Shown: positions 14,545-31,306, numbered from the stretch's first letter. The stretch: 64,000 bases of DNA from Eledone cirrhosa (GCA_964016885.1 OZ024745.1:65720001-65784000); one strand, 5' to 3'. Numbers and translations are program-made. The notes: a model not told the origin generated them from the letters alone.

Positions 14545-15059
14545 ATGTAGAGAAAGAGAGAAAGAGATGAAAGAGAGAAAGAATGGGTAGCAGAAAGAGA
14601 AGTAAGACCGGGAAACAGGAAGACTAGGAGAAATAAACTATTGAAATAATTTGATATTGAAGGTGAATATTAGAATTTGTAGGATATCTGTCTCAATATT
14701 TACGATTTTATCGAGATATCTGTCTATTCAAATGTATTTCATATTCAACTTCTATTGAAATTATACTGTCACAATTTCATTTACTTGACTCTATAATTAA
14801 TAGTTTCTATGGGAAATTATTTTCTCAATAGGAATATATTTAAACACAACATATGTCCATGTGAATATATACAGAAATTGTTGTTACGTTTGTTATATAG
14901 GCATATTTATATTTAATCTCTTTCATTAGTGTTTCGACGAGCAACATTCTTAGTATCACTCCATCCAAGATGTAAAATATATTTGAATTTGATGCAAGGA
15001 TTGAGAACATAGATAGTATTTATAATTTTATAAGTAAATAAGTAAAAGATGAAGCCCCC

Positions 15060-15129
<70 letters not shown>

Positions 15130-15139
15130 ACTCCCTCTT

Positions 15140-15219
<80 letters not shown>

Positions 15220-15362
15220 CATATATATATATATATATAAATATATATACCCCATGTAGTTGACGGGTGGGAGAAAAGAGTACTCAATGCCTACGTAGAG
15301 TTTTAATATTTATTTTTTTTAACAACTAATAAGACTCACAATTTATCCTTCATAAAATGAAT

Positions 15363-15437
<75 letters not shown>

Positions 15438-15897
15438 AAAACTCTTTGATTGTGTGATTGTCTGTAATTTAATACACCCAGAACGGCGCATAATGGGAAA
15501 AATACTTTGAAATGGGTATACAAATGGAAAAAAATTCAAGTTTCGCGAAAATCGGAGCGCGGATTCCCGAGATACGGGGATTTTCGGGTTCCTCCATAGA
15601 GAGAAAGAGAGAGAGACAGAAAGAAGTAGTGGTTAAGAGAGAGTAGCGAAAATTTCCTGCTTATTAGGAAAGGTTTCTAAGTGTGTGTGTATGTATGTGT
15701 GTGTGCATATGTGTGTGTGTGCATATGTGTGTATAGATCACAGACACCCATATATAAATATATATTTACGCACACTCACATATCTATATATATATATGGG
15801 CCTTCCAATTTCATTTTATATTATATATATGTGTATATTTTAATTATTTAAAAATTATTTTTAAGTGAACGTGACCCAATAGGTCATGGGTGGTCTA

Positions 15898-15972
<75 letters not shown>

Positions 15973-15976
<4 letters not shown>

Positions 15977-16139
15977 ATTTTCCGGCGCCGAAGACGCTTC
16001 GTCCTCGAGGATGTAGCCTAATTTTGACAACCAAAAATTTGACAAAAAAATAATAAACAACCTTCGGCCTTCAGGACGCATGGTAGATTTTTGAGACTTA
16101 TCTTAGGAAGAAAGTAGCGTCATCGACGCCGGCAAATAC

Positions 16140-16141
<2 letters not shown>
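15973..16141. mobile_element. Tc1/mariner-pogo-type MITE (169 bp)
   Basis: Imperfect ~25-bp TIRs ccgtattttccggcgccgaagacgc / gcgtcatcgacgccggcaaatacgg, embedded in (TA)n. Confidence 0.75.
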
Positions 16142-16211
<70 letters not shown>

Positions 16212-16220
16212 AAATATATG

Positions 16221-16949
16221 AGAATTGGTGCCCTGAAATAGCGATATATATATATGAATGTATATATAGTGTATTTTGCAATACACTGTATGCTTAATTA
16301 AAAGCATTTTGAAGACCTTACGCTATTGTTTTAAAGTAGTGACTATTTCACTTCTTTTTTCAGCAAACAAAGGGAGTAGAGCTGACAGATCTCTGTTTCG
16401 TAGTGTTGGTACTACTCAGAGCTTAGCACTCCTTTTGCCTGCTGAAAATTATGAATGTTGGATTCTTATAGAATCTCTGCTGTTGGATTCTTATAGAATC
16501 TCTAAGCTATGAGGAGTACCAACAGTACGAAACAGAGATCTGTGTAAGTGACATAGTCACTACTTTAAAACAATAGCGTAAGGTCTTCAAAATGCTTTTA
16601 ATTAAGCATACAGTGTATTGCAAAATACACTGTATATACATGCATATATATATCGCTATTTCAGAGCAGCAATTCTAATTTTCAATTTTTTTCTGGACCA
16701 TCAACCGCTCTGTATAATCAGTTCCTGATTATTACTGGAATTCTATAAGAATCCAACATTCATAATTTTCAGCAGGCAAATGGAGAGCTAAGCTCTGAGG
16801 AGTACCAACAGTACGAAACAGAGATCTGTCAGCTTATCTCTTTTTGTTTGCTGAAAAAAGAAGTAAGTGACATAGTCACTACTTTAAAACAATAGCGTAA
16901 GGTCTTCAAAATGCTTTTAATTAAGCATACAGTGTATTGCAAAATACAC

Positions 16950-16960
<11 letters not shown>
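16221..16960 (+). mobile_element. Retrozyme-like element: 319-bp tandem unit with HHR plus a 5' inverted copy
   Basis: acatagtcactact... recurs at 16551 and 16870 (period 319). Segment 16221-16480 is an inverted copy. Flanked by (TA)n on both sides. Confidence 0.8.
16789..16836 (+). ncRNA. Type I hammerhead ribozyme (intact core, GUC site)
   Basis: taagct CTGAGGA gtac caaca gtac GAAA cag agat ctg TC agctta. Stem I extends as gaga(gc)taagct/agctta-tctc. Mutated copies lie at ~16380-16426 (minus, CTGAGTA) and ~16503-16542 (ATGAGGA). Confidence 0.88.
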
Positions 16961-16990
<30 letters not shown>

Positions 16991-16999
16991 ATATATATA

Positions 17000-17052
<53 letters not shown>

Positions 17053-17205
17053 ATGTGTGTGTGTGCGTGTGTGCGTGCGTGCGTTTGTGCGTGTGTGTGT
17101 GTGGATGTGCGTGCGTGTGTGTGTGTGCGTGCGTTTGTGTGTGTGCGTTTGCGTGTGTGTGTGTAGGTGCGTTTGTGTGTGCGTGCGTTTGTGTGTGTGC
17201 GTGCG

Positions 17206-17274
<69 letters not shown>

Positions 17275-19305
17275 ATTATAACTATCTATCTATCTTTATG
17301 AAGATACTAACATTACAGCCATCAATAATAACCTCCTACATCAACTGAACATTTAGTCGATTCCTGTAGTTAGTATTAACACTAACATAGCGTGTCATAA
17401 AGAAGGGCTTATATGAAGCAGATTCAACATGTTCATAATATACAAACACATGTCTCGTTGTGGGTGTTTTAAGCTGTGACCATTTTACAGCTACATCATA
17501 TGAGCAGATCATATTTAAATAGAGTTTATAAGTTGCAAGGTACTGTCTTTTCGAAACTTCCCATAGTTTGCAATAAAATTCTCTGCTTCGTCATAACAAT
17601 GATTTTTCGACATTCTTTACATTTCTTTATGGAAATGTATCTTTTGAATCGTTTAGTGTTGTTGTTTTCTTTTATCTTTTAACGGAGATAAAATTTTGCT
17701 ACATTTTGTATACGGACGAACATTGACATTTTAAATATAAGCTTATCATCTATGTGATATTTGCATAATATATTCAACTGATAATTCAAGAATATGGTTT
17801 GCACATCTGGTATTTTGTGATTTCAAAAACGAAAATCACATATGTTTGTCACCTTCATTTGTCCCCTTCATTTATTACCTGCCACGTATGTTATTTGTTT
17901 GACAATTTCTACAATTTTGTTTTGATATATCGCTATCTATAAAAATATGTCTAATCATTATACAAGAGAGCAAATAAGAAACATGTTTGTTAAGCTTCCA
18001 CGTTTATATTCCGAATAATACAGACACGGCAATAGGGTCGTAGGTAAAGGCTGATATTTTTGATTAATTAATCTCTAGTAAATACTTTGCTCCAGAACTG
18101 GACTAAAAGCACATAATTCAATGTTACCAGTATTGATAAAGGACATACACATTAAAAAAAGTGGACAGAAAACCTTCAGGAATGTTTAAAATCGTATGAT
18201 TTATGAAAATAACAAACACTGTAGATATATATGAAACGTCAATGTATGGTTGAAATCAATATTTTCAGACTTATTACTTTAGCTTCTCTGAGATTATATC
18301 AAACAGCATTTTTGCGTGTGCTTCTTTTGCAATTTAGCTAAGATTTGCTATTGTCCGTCATAGGCGAAAATTGAAACAGAAAAAATTGATTAATCAGTTA
18401 TAAGATCTGCTTTAGGTGCACTCCAATCAGTAATAGATATAGATTATTTGTGACATTGTTCATATACTCTCTTATATATATCAGTCTGCCCCTTTGAAAA
18501 TTGTACATGATCATGTTAATTTGATCTGGGCAAATCATTTTTACAGAAGGTTATTTCTGTAGCATTCATAACCAAACAATGATGAATAAACGTGCAAAGG
18601 GACATGAGTACATGTTTTGTTGAGACTAATATACTTGAGAGACATAAAGACTCAGAATTTCTACTTAATCTGGCGATATGAAAACTATATTAGTATTAGG
18701 GACATAATCGTCACTAATACTACAAACGTTGATAGTGGTTAGATTCAGAGTTAATACAAATAGATCAAAAAAATACAAATAGATTAAAAAAATCCCACAT
18801 GGAATATAAATCTTTAGAAAATAAATTCTAAATAGGGAGCGCACATGTATATCAATATACGCATTTATATATATATATAAATATATCTTTAGAAGCACCA
18901 CTGTATAATAGAATGTGTAATCTGCTCTTCAGAGCAGGTGAATATACTTTCAATTCTAACGCACAAACATACATGCATACATAAAGACACATACTCACAT
19001 GCGCGCACAGCCACGTGTATATTATTGTTTAGCACCATTTACAGGCATGTGTGACATTTAAACAATCGTAAGGAGATTACTAATCTACGTAATCTATATT
19101 GTTCTCAGGATATGAAGAAATGTCTTTATGTAGTAAACCCACTTTTAGTATGTAGTATCCCTGTACTATGTAGTATACCTGTAGTATGTAGTATACATGT
19201 AGTATGTAGTATTCCTGTAGTATCACTCTCTTTCTCTCTCTTTCTGTGTATCCCTTCCGATTATGTTGTTATTTCTGCTTACCTTTTAAATACATACATA
19301 TATAC

Positions 19306-20082
<777 letters not shown>

Positions 20083-20131
20083 AATAAGATAACAAGGACG
20101 ATTGGTTACTCCTTCATTACGTTTATTGGTT

Positions 20132-20215
20132 GGTGACGCGCGTTTGGCCACTGATCAGCTCAAGGTTCGATCTGTATCGATCTGACCCGAATCTGTATCC
20201 GCGGCTCGTCAGACC
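20132..20215 (-). ncRNA. Degenerate hammerhead ribozyme (G12C), long stem II
   Basis: rc: ggt CTGACGA gccgc...gtggc CAAA cgcgcg TC acc aacc aataaa. Confidence 0.6.
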
Positions 20216-20539
20216 CATTGTAATGTTAAGAGAATAATGAATACATGCTGCATGATAAAGTCAGAAGTTCCTATGGTGGTCATTAAAGTTTGTTTTGATT
20301 GGGTGGATTAATTCATAGGGATGTTTTGCCTGTAGTATATGTGGGGTGGGTGTGGTGATAAGGTGGTGGTGACGGTGGCATGTAGATGTGGCTGATTTTT
20401 GCGTGTGGTGTGGGTGTGGTGTTGTTGTTTTTGATAAAGATGAAAAGTTGAGGTGTTTATGGTGGTGTGATGATTGTGTTCATGGTGTCATTTCCACAAG
20501 GAGATACATACATAGATACACTTAGTCTGACAAATACGT

Positions 20540-21140
20540 TGTGTATATATATATACATGTGTATATATATACATGTGTATATATATATACATGTGTATAT
20601 ATATATACATGTGTATATATATACACATGTGTATATATATACATGTGTATATATATATATATATACATGTGTATATATATATATGTGTATATATATACAT
20701 GTGTATATATATACATGTGTATATATATAGATGTGTATATATATACATGTGTATATATATACATGTGTATATATATACACATGTGTATATATATACATAT
20801 GTATATATATACATGTGTATAAATACACATGTGTATATATAAACATGTCTATATATATACATGTGTATATATATAGATGTGTATATATATACATGTGTAT
20901 ATATATATACATGTGTATATATTTATATGTGTATATATATACATGTGTATATATATACATGTGTATATATATACACATGTGTATATATATATATACATGT
21001 GTATATATATACACATGTATATATATATACATGTGTATATATATACATGTGTATATATATACACATGTGTATATATATATACATGTGTATATATATACAT
21101 GTGTATCTATATACATGTGTATATATATACATGTGTATAT
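20540..21140. repeat. (TA)n-CATGTG compound satellite, 18-24-bp self-complementary units
   Basis: Repeated atatatatacatgtgt units. Confidence 0.9.
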
Positions 21141-21632
21141 AGAGAGAGCCAGTGGAGATGGCGTTGTACGTATATACTTACTCACAGACACACATACATG
21201 CGTTGTTTAGGTAGGGATGATATCTGTTGGTGATGTTGATCGTATGCGTGTGTATGTGTGTGTGTGTATTCGTGCCTACACCATGCATGATATGTAGTTA
21301 CCTGAGTAAAACTTTGAATACCAGTTAAAAACATAGCATTTAGACATTTTATCAAAATCACCGTTAAACGAAAACTCATAAGTCAAATTCTTCCAGCCTC
21401 AGCAATCTATTTCTTTAGTTAGCGTATACATTTACAATTGTACAAAAAAATACATGGTGCGAATATAATATAGAAGCTTAAAACTGAAATTATGGAAACA
21501 CTTTTTCTAAAGATGATAAAAACATCTGTTTCATTGTATTTTAGGAAATATTGAGAAAGCTTCTGTATTTTATATTTTACAAAGCAGCAATGTTTTATTG
21601 TCGAAAATCAACGAAAGAGAAGAGTAACATGC

Positions 21633-21704
<72 letters not shown>

Positions 21705-21768
21705 GTCGTTATATATATATATATATATATGTCGTTATATATATATATATATATATACATATCTGTCG

Positions 21769-21859
<91 letters not shown>

Positions 21860-22075
21860 GAGTATAATCGAAGTTGCAGCTACACAGTAGCAGATGAACA
21901 ATACATATATATAGATCTATTACAACGTTGATTATGGAATATGTAAGTAAAGCTGATCACGTAGAAGTGTAACGTACCTGTATTTGGTTTGGAGTTTTTC
22001 ACTTATTAACTTTTAAGTTTACTTTAAGCAAAGGAATAAAACATTTCTGGTTGTTGAAACGCATACACACACACT

Positions 22076-22173
<98 letters not shown>

Positions 22174-25100
22174 ATATATATATATATTTATATATTTATA
22201 TATAGATAGATAGATAGATATATATATACTCTCTATATATATATATATATTTATATATATACTATAGACGAATTTATGAATTAGTTATATTTTCTTAGTT
22301 TCGAATAAATGTTTTCTGATACGTCTATTCAAATTGTTCCTTGTGCATTGAAACGGGATCATCGTTATAATTGTGACAATCCAGTCAACACATTTATACG
22401 TGGTTTTTTTCCTCCGACAAATCTGTACATTGTGTTATATACTATTGCTGTCTTATTTCAAATTATGCCTCGTTTGGTCTGATCTTCCATTTTTTGCTTC
22501 AGAACGTGATGATAAATAATGTTAAATCTGAAGAATATATTGAGTCTAAATTGTGCTTCATTTACATACGAAGCGTTTTCTTTTTGTTTTTTTTTTTGTT
22601 TCAATGGGATAAAGAACATGACGAGCTATAAACAAGTTTTGAACTTTCATTCGAATCGAATTGATAATGTTATGTCCATGCCTAACTTGATAGTATTCTA
22701 TTCTCTATTTTCTAATACGTGGTAGTTCGTAGGCGGACAAATTGTGGACCGTCTTTCTTGCAGTGCTCTTACGAATTGGTTTTGAAAGCATAGTAAATAA
22801 TTCATGTTTTCAGAATTTGATAATCCTAATTCCTGAGAAGATGGATTGGAATAAAAGAGATATTTCACCAGGAATTGTGTTAAATAAATTACATATTACT
22901 CAATGTGTAGTGAAGACGAATGATATCAGTATTAAGTATAATTCTACGCAGGCTAGATCCGTAGATGTAAATGTTTACCATATCAGCTTTCGTTAAAATG
23001 AAACAGAATTTATGAAATTACTGATGACATTTTACAAATGAATTATTACGTAATCTCTGCTGGTGTTGTCATTATCTACAACATTTAATTACGTTTATAT
23101 TTAAGAGTTAGCTATATTCTGTCTTGACATATTACCTGGTATTGCATACAAGCAATAAACGTGTAATTAATTGTAACTTACTGAAAGGCTTACGAAAAGA
23201 AAAAAATACATGTTTGCTTCTTGCTTTTGTCGCTTTTATATGGTGTTATTATTTTTTATTCTAGTTGATCATCTATTCCCTAGCAACATTTTACACCCCA
23301 CTACGACTGGAAAAAAAAAGACGAAGGTAACACGTTTTCTATTACAAAACATGATAAATGTCTTTGATACGATTTTCAGCTCTTATCTTCTATTCGAAAT
23401 TGTTATTGGCTGTTCGGCTGCAAGTGTTGTAAACATAATGCAATGATAACAAATACAAACGACCATAATATAGATAGAAATAATCCATTTGGTACTAATC
23501 AAGAACTGAATGTTTTGTGAAGTCGTATTTGATAAGAGAATTAGATGAAACAAAACTAAATTAGTTTCTAAGCAACGTCTAAGAAATGTTTATATTGGTT
23601 TTCTTTAAACTTTTAAAATGATGTATAATCAACAGTACGTAAATACCAAATGTAAGGCAAGAGAAATTCTATTTCCATTTCTGACAATGTAAAATAATAC
23701 ATAAAGGAAACTAAACTAGTAATCGCCTCAGCTGTGTACTCTTTTTATTATACTGCAGTTTGTTGTATTAGTGCTTTATGAGAATCACAAATACAATATA
23801 TTTTATAGGTGCTTCAATATTGTTTCAAGTGTGGAACAGGTGGACAGAATATGGCTGAAAAATGTAGGCGAGATGAGGGAATCCGATATGGCTGAGTGAG
23901 ATCAACTTGATCCAAGGAGAAGAGTAGCAGTAAATGTGGAAGAATGAGAAGACACCACATCTGCAGGCTAGAATTCGTAACGGGTTATTGCCCTCATGTT
24001 AATCATTTGCGTGCTCATATTTTAATGTAATCTGAAAAATATTTTTCATGTATCAGCAGTACAGCCATATATGTTGGATCAGTATTCCATTGGGTTTCAA
24101 TTTGAGATGTGTACAAGGCTAATGCTATTTAGGAGATGATGTATTTTCAAGACCAAATGAAAAAGAGTATGCTATATGATACTATTTACGAAATGCATGT
24201 AAAACGATATAGAACATTAATAAATGAGGAGAGCGTTGACCGAAAGCTAAACATTCTTGGGAATTAATAGCTCCCAGTATTACATTATATATGCTTAGTA
24301 TATCAACCTACATGTATGGGAAGGTTGAATTTTCTGTCGCTCATGATCATACTTATTTTGCTCATGAAAATGTTACAATTAAACCTAGCCAATGTAAGTT
24401 AGATACTAATGTATATATCATTAACTTTGCTGTGCATTCGCGTGGAAAAGTATATATATTCAATTATAATTATCAAGTAATTCGCTGCTATTTGTATGTT
24501 GTCACGCCCTTAAAGAAGACATTAAAAGCCTAAAACAAAAGCATTTGGACGTTGAAGGTAAGGCGGCATAATTAAATATTGCAATATTTTATAATATGAC
24601 GCTTTACCTCACCGATTGTGCCATCCACACTATTCGCATTCGATGTACGTAAGAATGTCGTATTGGTAAACCCCATATAAAAGATTCGAACGAATGTTAT
24701 ATCATTTAAGCAATGTCACTAAAATAATGCAATTTGTAAAGTAATAATGTCACAACATCCCGTATTTATTTCTCCCACATTAAAAGCTATTGTAGCTATT
24801 CAAATACAAACCTTTAGAGAAGAGATTGTTCTTCAAACAGTAGATCTTATGGTTTCTTATCCGCTTAATGTAATTTTTGTATTCTGTTGAAATTATTATG
24901 TCCTTAATATGCAAAGGGAAGCATGTTTCATCAAACCTCTAAATTATCTTCTCTTAAATTGTTGAGGTTGTGTGCTTAATTAAATAAAATCACTACGAAA
25001 TTAGTTTAGATCTATTCATTGGTATCTCAGGAAATCACAATTTTGAGACCCAAATTGTTTCTAGAATCTAGGCAATGAAATGATTGTCTGACAACTGTCG

Positions 25101-25335
25101 ACGATATAGTTCCACGATGATGTTTCTCTCGAACTATCGATAAATGAAGAATGAACATTTATTTTAACAAAGCTCGATATATTGGAGGTATTGCATTCGT
25201 ATTAGAAATTTAAGCGCTATGAAATGTCTACGTAATGAATGATATCTATGTAAATAAACGTCGACTCATGTCGTCCGTCCGTGTGTCAGTCCACTCGTGA
25301 GATGAATGAGTTAAAACGAAGGAAGGGGATGATGA

Positions 25336-25413
<78 letters not shown>

Positions 25414-25559
25414 ATAGGTGTGTATAAGGGAGGAACGTGGATGATGTAAAAAAACTATGCTCATGATCACCTTCATCATCATCCAAAACATCATCATCTT
25501 AATCATCATCATCATCACCATCAATATCATCATCATAATCGTCTAAAGATTCTGTTAAG

Positions 25560-26090
25560 GGACAGTTTGGCACTGGGAATGATAAAATATGACAATGGGG
25601 AGATAGGGTGAGAAAATATGGCACTTCGAAGATAGGATACCGCACTATGGCACCACGGCGCTAGGGAGGCACATTAAGGCATCGCGGCGCCAGGGAGACA
25701 CAGTATGGCACTGGGAAGCTTGAGTGACGCAGTATGGAAATGTGGAGTTAGGGTAACGCAGTATACCAATAGTGAGATAGGGTGGTAAAATAAGGCACTT
25801 GAAGCTAAGGTGCCGCATTATGGCATTGTGGTGCTAGAGTGGCATACTATGGAAATGGGGAGTTAGGATGTCGCGGTATGGCAACGAGGAGATAGGGTGA
25901 CAAAATAGGGCACTTCGGGGTTATGGTGCTACACTATGGCACTGCGGAACTAGGGTCGCATACTATGCAACTGGGGAGCCTCAGTGACACAGTATGGAAA
26001 TATGGAGCTAGCAATGGGGAGATAGTGTGACAAAATATGTCATTTTAAAAGGGGCCGCAATAGGGCACTTCGGAGCTTGGGTGACACACT
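25560..26090. repeat. 29-bp minisatellite (tatggcactggggagctagggtgacgcag-like)
   Basis: Diverged units with 29-bp spacing; the gagatagggtg..aaaata variant recurs at ~25600, 25774, 25889 and 26019. Confidence 0.8.
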
Positions 26091-26094
26091 AAAA

Positions 26095-26600
26095 GTAATG
26101 ACTCGGTGCCGGATTAAAAACACTATGGATTAGTGCAGGATTAAAAATAATAAGGGTAAGTGCCAAATTAAAATTAATAAGAATAAGTGCCAGATTAATA
26201 ATAGCAAGCGTGCCCGAGTAAAAATAATAAGTTTGAGAGCCGAATTAAAAACACAAATGATCGGTGCCGGATTAAAAATAGTAAGTTTAAGTGCCGGATT
26301 AAAATTAATAAAGATTAGTGCCGGACTAAAAATAAAAAGGGCCAGTACCGGATTAAAATTAATAAGGATAAGTGATGGATTAAAAACACAAATGATCAGT
26401 GCTAGATTAAAAATAGTATATTTAAGAGCCGGATTAAAAACATTAATGATGAGTGCCGGATTAGAAATATTAAGGATCAGTGCCGGATTAAAAATAATAA
26501 GTGTGAGTGCCGGAATAAAAATAGTAAATTTAAGTTCTGGATTAAGTATAGTAAATTTAAGAGCCGGATTAAAAACACTAATAATCAGTGCCGGATTGGA
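26095..26600. repeat. 27-bp minisatellite (agtgccggattaaaaataataagt...)
   Basis: About 18 units; explains the 9-aa SAGLK repeat in ORF 26233..26655. Confidence 0.85.
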
Positions 26601-26904
26601 AATGGGTTCTCACCAAGCCATGTTCGATGTCAGTGGCAGAAGACATGGATATTAAAGCAGGCCTTTAGGAAGGCTTTCGGTCGTGCAGAATGAAGATTTC
26701 TCGCCACGCAATTCTCCATAGTGATTAAAAGCGACGTTTAGAAGAAAGTACCTCAAACGTCGACGATCCCAAGCAGGTTGCGCTTCACTAGAGTGTGAAA
26801 TATAATTGGTATTGACACATCGCGAATGCAAATAAAGAAACATCATTGACTGTTAAGCTGAAAGTCTTGTAGATTATAAATAAACACATCGAACATACGC
26901 ATGA

Positions 26905-27325
26905 AGCATTGGTAGTATCGGTATAGAGTCGGACGCCATGCTTTGCAGCATAGAGTTACGGCCTTTTATGATCGGAGTTAAAATCACGCTGAGGTTAACT
27001 TTGCCGTTCATCCTTACAGGGTCGATAAAATAAAGTACCAGTCACGCACTGGTGTCAATTTAATCGATTTTCCCCTCCCCCCAAATTACTGGCCTTGTGC
27101 CTATATAAGAAACCATTATATTAATTTAACAGGTGGATTGGCAGAATCGGTAGAGGTTTGAACGCCATGCTTTGACGCATAGAGTTACGGCCCTTTCCAT
27201 TCTGAGTTCAAATTCCGCCGAGGTTAACTTTGCCTTTCATCCTTACGGGGTCGATAAAATAAAGTACCAGTAATGTACTGGATAATTGCTGGCCTTGTGC
27301 CAAAAGTAGAAACAATTATATTAAT
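26905..27325 (+). mobile_element. Two tandem SINE copies (major family)
   Basis: Copies at ~26905-27120 and ~27131-27325 with the same core as 10126. Confidence 0.85.
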
Positions 27326-27629
27326 TTAACAGAATGTGATATTCACCGAAGATTTGTTTATAGCGAGATATATTTTAACTCAACTTAAAGGCACCTGTTG
27401 CATAGACAGAAGAGAAATTTTCATAAAAAATGAAAAGTTTTTGTCTTTATAAGATATAGAAAATAATAACATACTCGCTGAAAAGTGTTTCAAGTACATA
27501 AACAAATTAAACACGTACACATACGAACGCACACACACACACACTCTCAACAAATGTGTGCACACGCTGTGTTTATGTGTGTGTATATATATATATATAT
27601 ATAAATGCATTTACATACGTATATTATGT

Positions 27630-27691
<62 letters not shown>

Positions 27692-27814
27692 TATATACAC
27701 CTCGTATAAATATATAATATATAAATATAATAATGATTGAATGGATATCCATATGTAAGTATTGTTTTAAGTCGATTCTGCTTAGTATGACAAGTCACAC
27801 TTCAGTGCTACTTG

Positions 27815-28825
27815 TAACATGTAAACCAGTACAACCACTCGCATGGTCGGCTCGTTGGCGACTAAACTGGCAACCCCAACAAGTTTACTTGGTGAGGAGG
27901 GTGATTTAGGACACCCTGCAGGACAAAAAACAAAACCTGACAAAGGGCGGAAAAACTCATAAGAGTCAACGGCCATCCAAAAATGTGTAAATATGTATAT
28001 ACACATGTACATATGTATGTGTATTATATGCGTGTGTATATGCCTGGGGTGTCAGGGAGGGGCATGTACCTCTGTAGGGGGGCTAGCCATGCCCTTTTCT
28101 GGATAGCTCATCCTGCATTGGGTCCCACCTTACACTCAGCTCTCACCTGTAGCATGCGACAGCGGCCACGCCCCGATAAACTTGGATGGCGGGCCGAACC
28201 AGGTTGAGGGTAGCCGGACGGGTCTGAAACCCTCCGGTGAGTTAGATAGAGGATGCCTACTCCTACATGCGAAGACTGGACCCGGCGGAGTGCGTGGAGG
28301 AGGACAACATCGTCCCAACGGTCACGAAGGCGGCGACAGCAAGCGGTTTGGAGCGCTGGGACACGGCAAGGCACTACAGACGTCGTGGCCATCCACTGCA
28401 GCCAAGGAAGTCCTTGGTCGTGATGGTCCTCCGTACCGCCGGATTCTGGCTTCTGCGGCCGAGTGTATGGGACCGTCACAGTGCACTGGCCCTCCCACTA
28501 TAAACCTTCCCGCACAGGTTTCTTCTTTAGCGTGCACTCCCAAAGCTCTGCGGCGATGGGCGAGAGGCGGAGTTAACAGGTGGAGGTAACCTCTGGGAGT
28601 TGAAGAGAAGAGACGAGACGGGCAGATGTCACTGAGGCCCGTGAAAGGAGGAGAAAGGCATCAGCAGCTGCCCCAAGCGACTCCGGTCTCTTCCCTGCTC
28701 CCACTGTCCCCGGACCTGCAAGTCAAGGATAGGCCTCCACAGCCACTTTCGTGCCCACGGCAGACGGGAACAACAATGAAGATGTCATCATCGTTTACGA
28801 CGGACAACCAACATTCTGCTTAACA
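27815..28825 (+). mobile_element. GC-rich retroelement remnant, probably an RTE-type LINE 5' region
   Basis: Sharp GC-rich island in AT-rich DNA with no coherent ORF. Family assignment is an impression only. Confidence 0.35.
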
Positions 28826-28938
28826 AGTATTACGTATGTCGTAGGTATATATATACATGTATAAGTATGTGTACGGTTGTGAGTATATGCTCTGTGGCTG
28901 CCTCAAAATGTACATGGTGTACTAAAGTTCGATTTACA

Positions 28939-28975
<37 letters not shown>

Positions 28976-29140
28976 CGTTATTCCGGGTTGAAAACTTGTT
29001 TATAGAATTCTTTCTGCCTTTGTTACTCTAAAGATAAACTATAGCTTTTCTATCGACCAATGACCTACACCCATCCCACTCCCTACCCTCTCCTACCACT
29101 TGAAGAGACCTATAAATACCATATTTATTTTTTGATACGC

Positions 29141-29191
29141 AGATTCCTGATGATTTTTAAAGAATGAAACAGTTCTAGTCCTGTAGAATCT
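29141..29191 (+). ncRNA. Type I hammerhead ribozyme with weak/decayed stem II
   Basis: agattc CTGATGA tttttaaagaat GAAA cag ttctagtc ctg TA gaatct; lies in a ~235-bp insert between (TA)n tracts. Confidence 0.65.
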
Positions 29192-29497
29192 CATCTATAT
29201 TAAAACTATATATATATATTTATATATGTATAAATTTTAGTACAGCATTAACGAAGCTTTAGGCTGCGGCTAAGCTAACGAATGCAGATTCGGAATGTAG
29301 CTTTAGCACTCGATGGAGAATAATACCCCAGAGTTATAACAATACGTTTAGACAGATTTGCAAATCAAATATAGCGATCGGCAGTCCAGCCGCATTGCCA
29401 TAGCAATGAAAAAAAAAATGTCAAGGGCGGTGCCCCAGCATGGCCTCAGCCGGATGGCTGAAACAGGTAAAGAGTAAAAGAGTATATATATATATAT

Positions 29498-29900
29498 CTA
29501 GGGCGGGTAAAAATCCCGAGTTCTCTCCAGCGGTCTCTGTCCCTCATTATCGCTGCCATGTCCTGCGTCTCCAACAGACCAGTATCTGTCCTTATAGCAT
29601 CAACATACGTTAACCTTGGTCTTCCTCTTCCAGTGTGTCCATGTAGGGGCTCCCACAGGAGCACTGAGTGCAATGTCAACTCTGGATGTCGGTGAGCATG
29701 TCCAGCTAACCTCAGTCTCCTCTGTGTCAATTTTGAGCTGACTCTTGTGAGGCTCCCATACAGCTCTGAGTTTTTCATCATCAGTGTATACTGATTAATG
29801 CTCAGCATTCTCGTGTAGCCCCCTTCCACCATCTGACTGAGTTTCTTGGTCAGTGTTCAAGTCTCAGACCCGTACAGCAGCACAGACTCCACTACAGCCA
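29498..29900 (-). mobile_element. RTE-type LINE 3' end fragment
   Basis: [16 protein letters not shown]...RRLRLAGHAHRHPE...LLWEP..G...GRGRPRLTYVD....DTGL...MRDRDRWRE. Confidence 0.85.
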
Positions 29901-29971
29901 TATATATATATATAGGTATATATATATTTAATATATATATGTATATATATACATACATACATATATATATA

Positions 29972-31306
<1,335 letters not shown>

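Noticed and set aside
23014-23057. CTGATGA with flanking partial complementarity
   Set aside because: No GAAA or UH; AT-rich chance pairing is likely.
25560-26600. CRISPR-like regular repeats
   Set aside because: Head-to-tail diverged units without unique spacers, no cas genes, eukaryotic context.
26233-26655. 140-aa repeat protein (SAGLK)n
   Set aside because: A 27-bp period keeps a frame open by chance; no splice or other gene evidence.
28108-28823. Overlapping GC-rich ORFs
   Set aside because: Open frames on both strands reflect GC content; no domain motifs.
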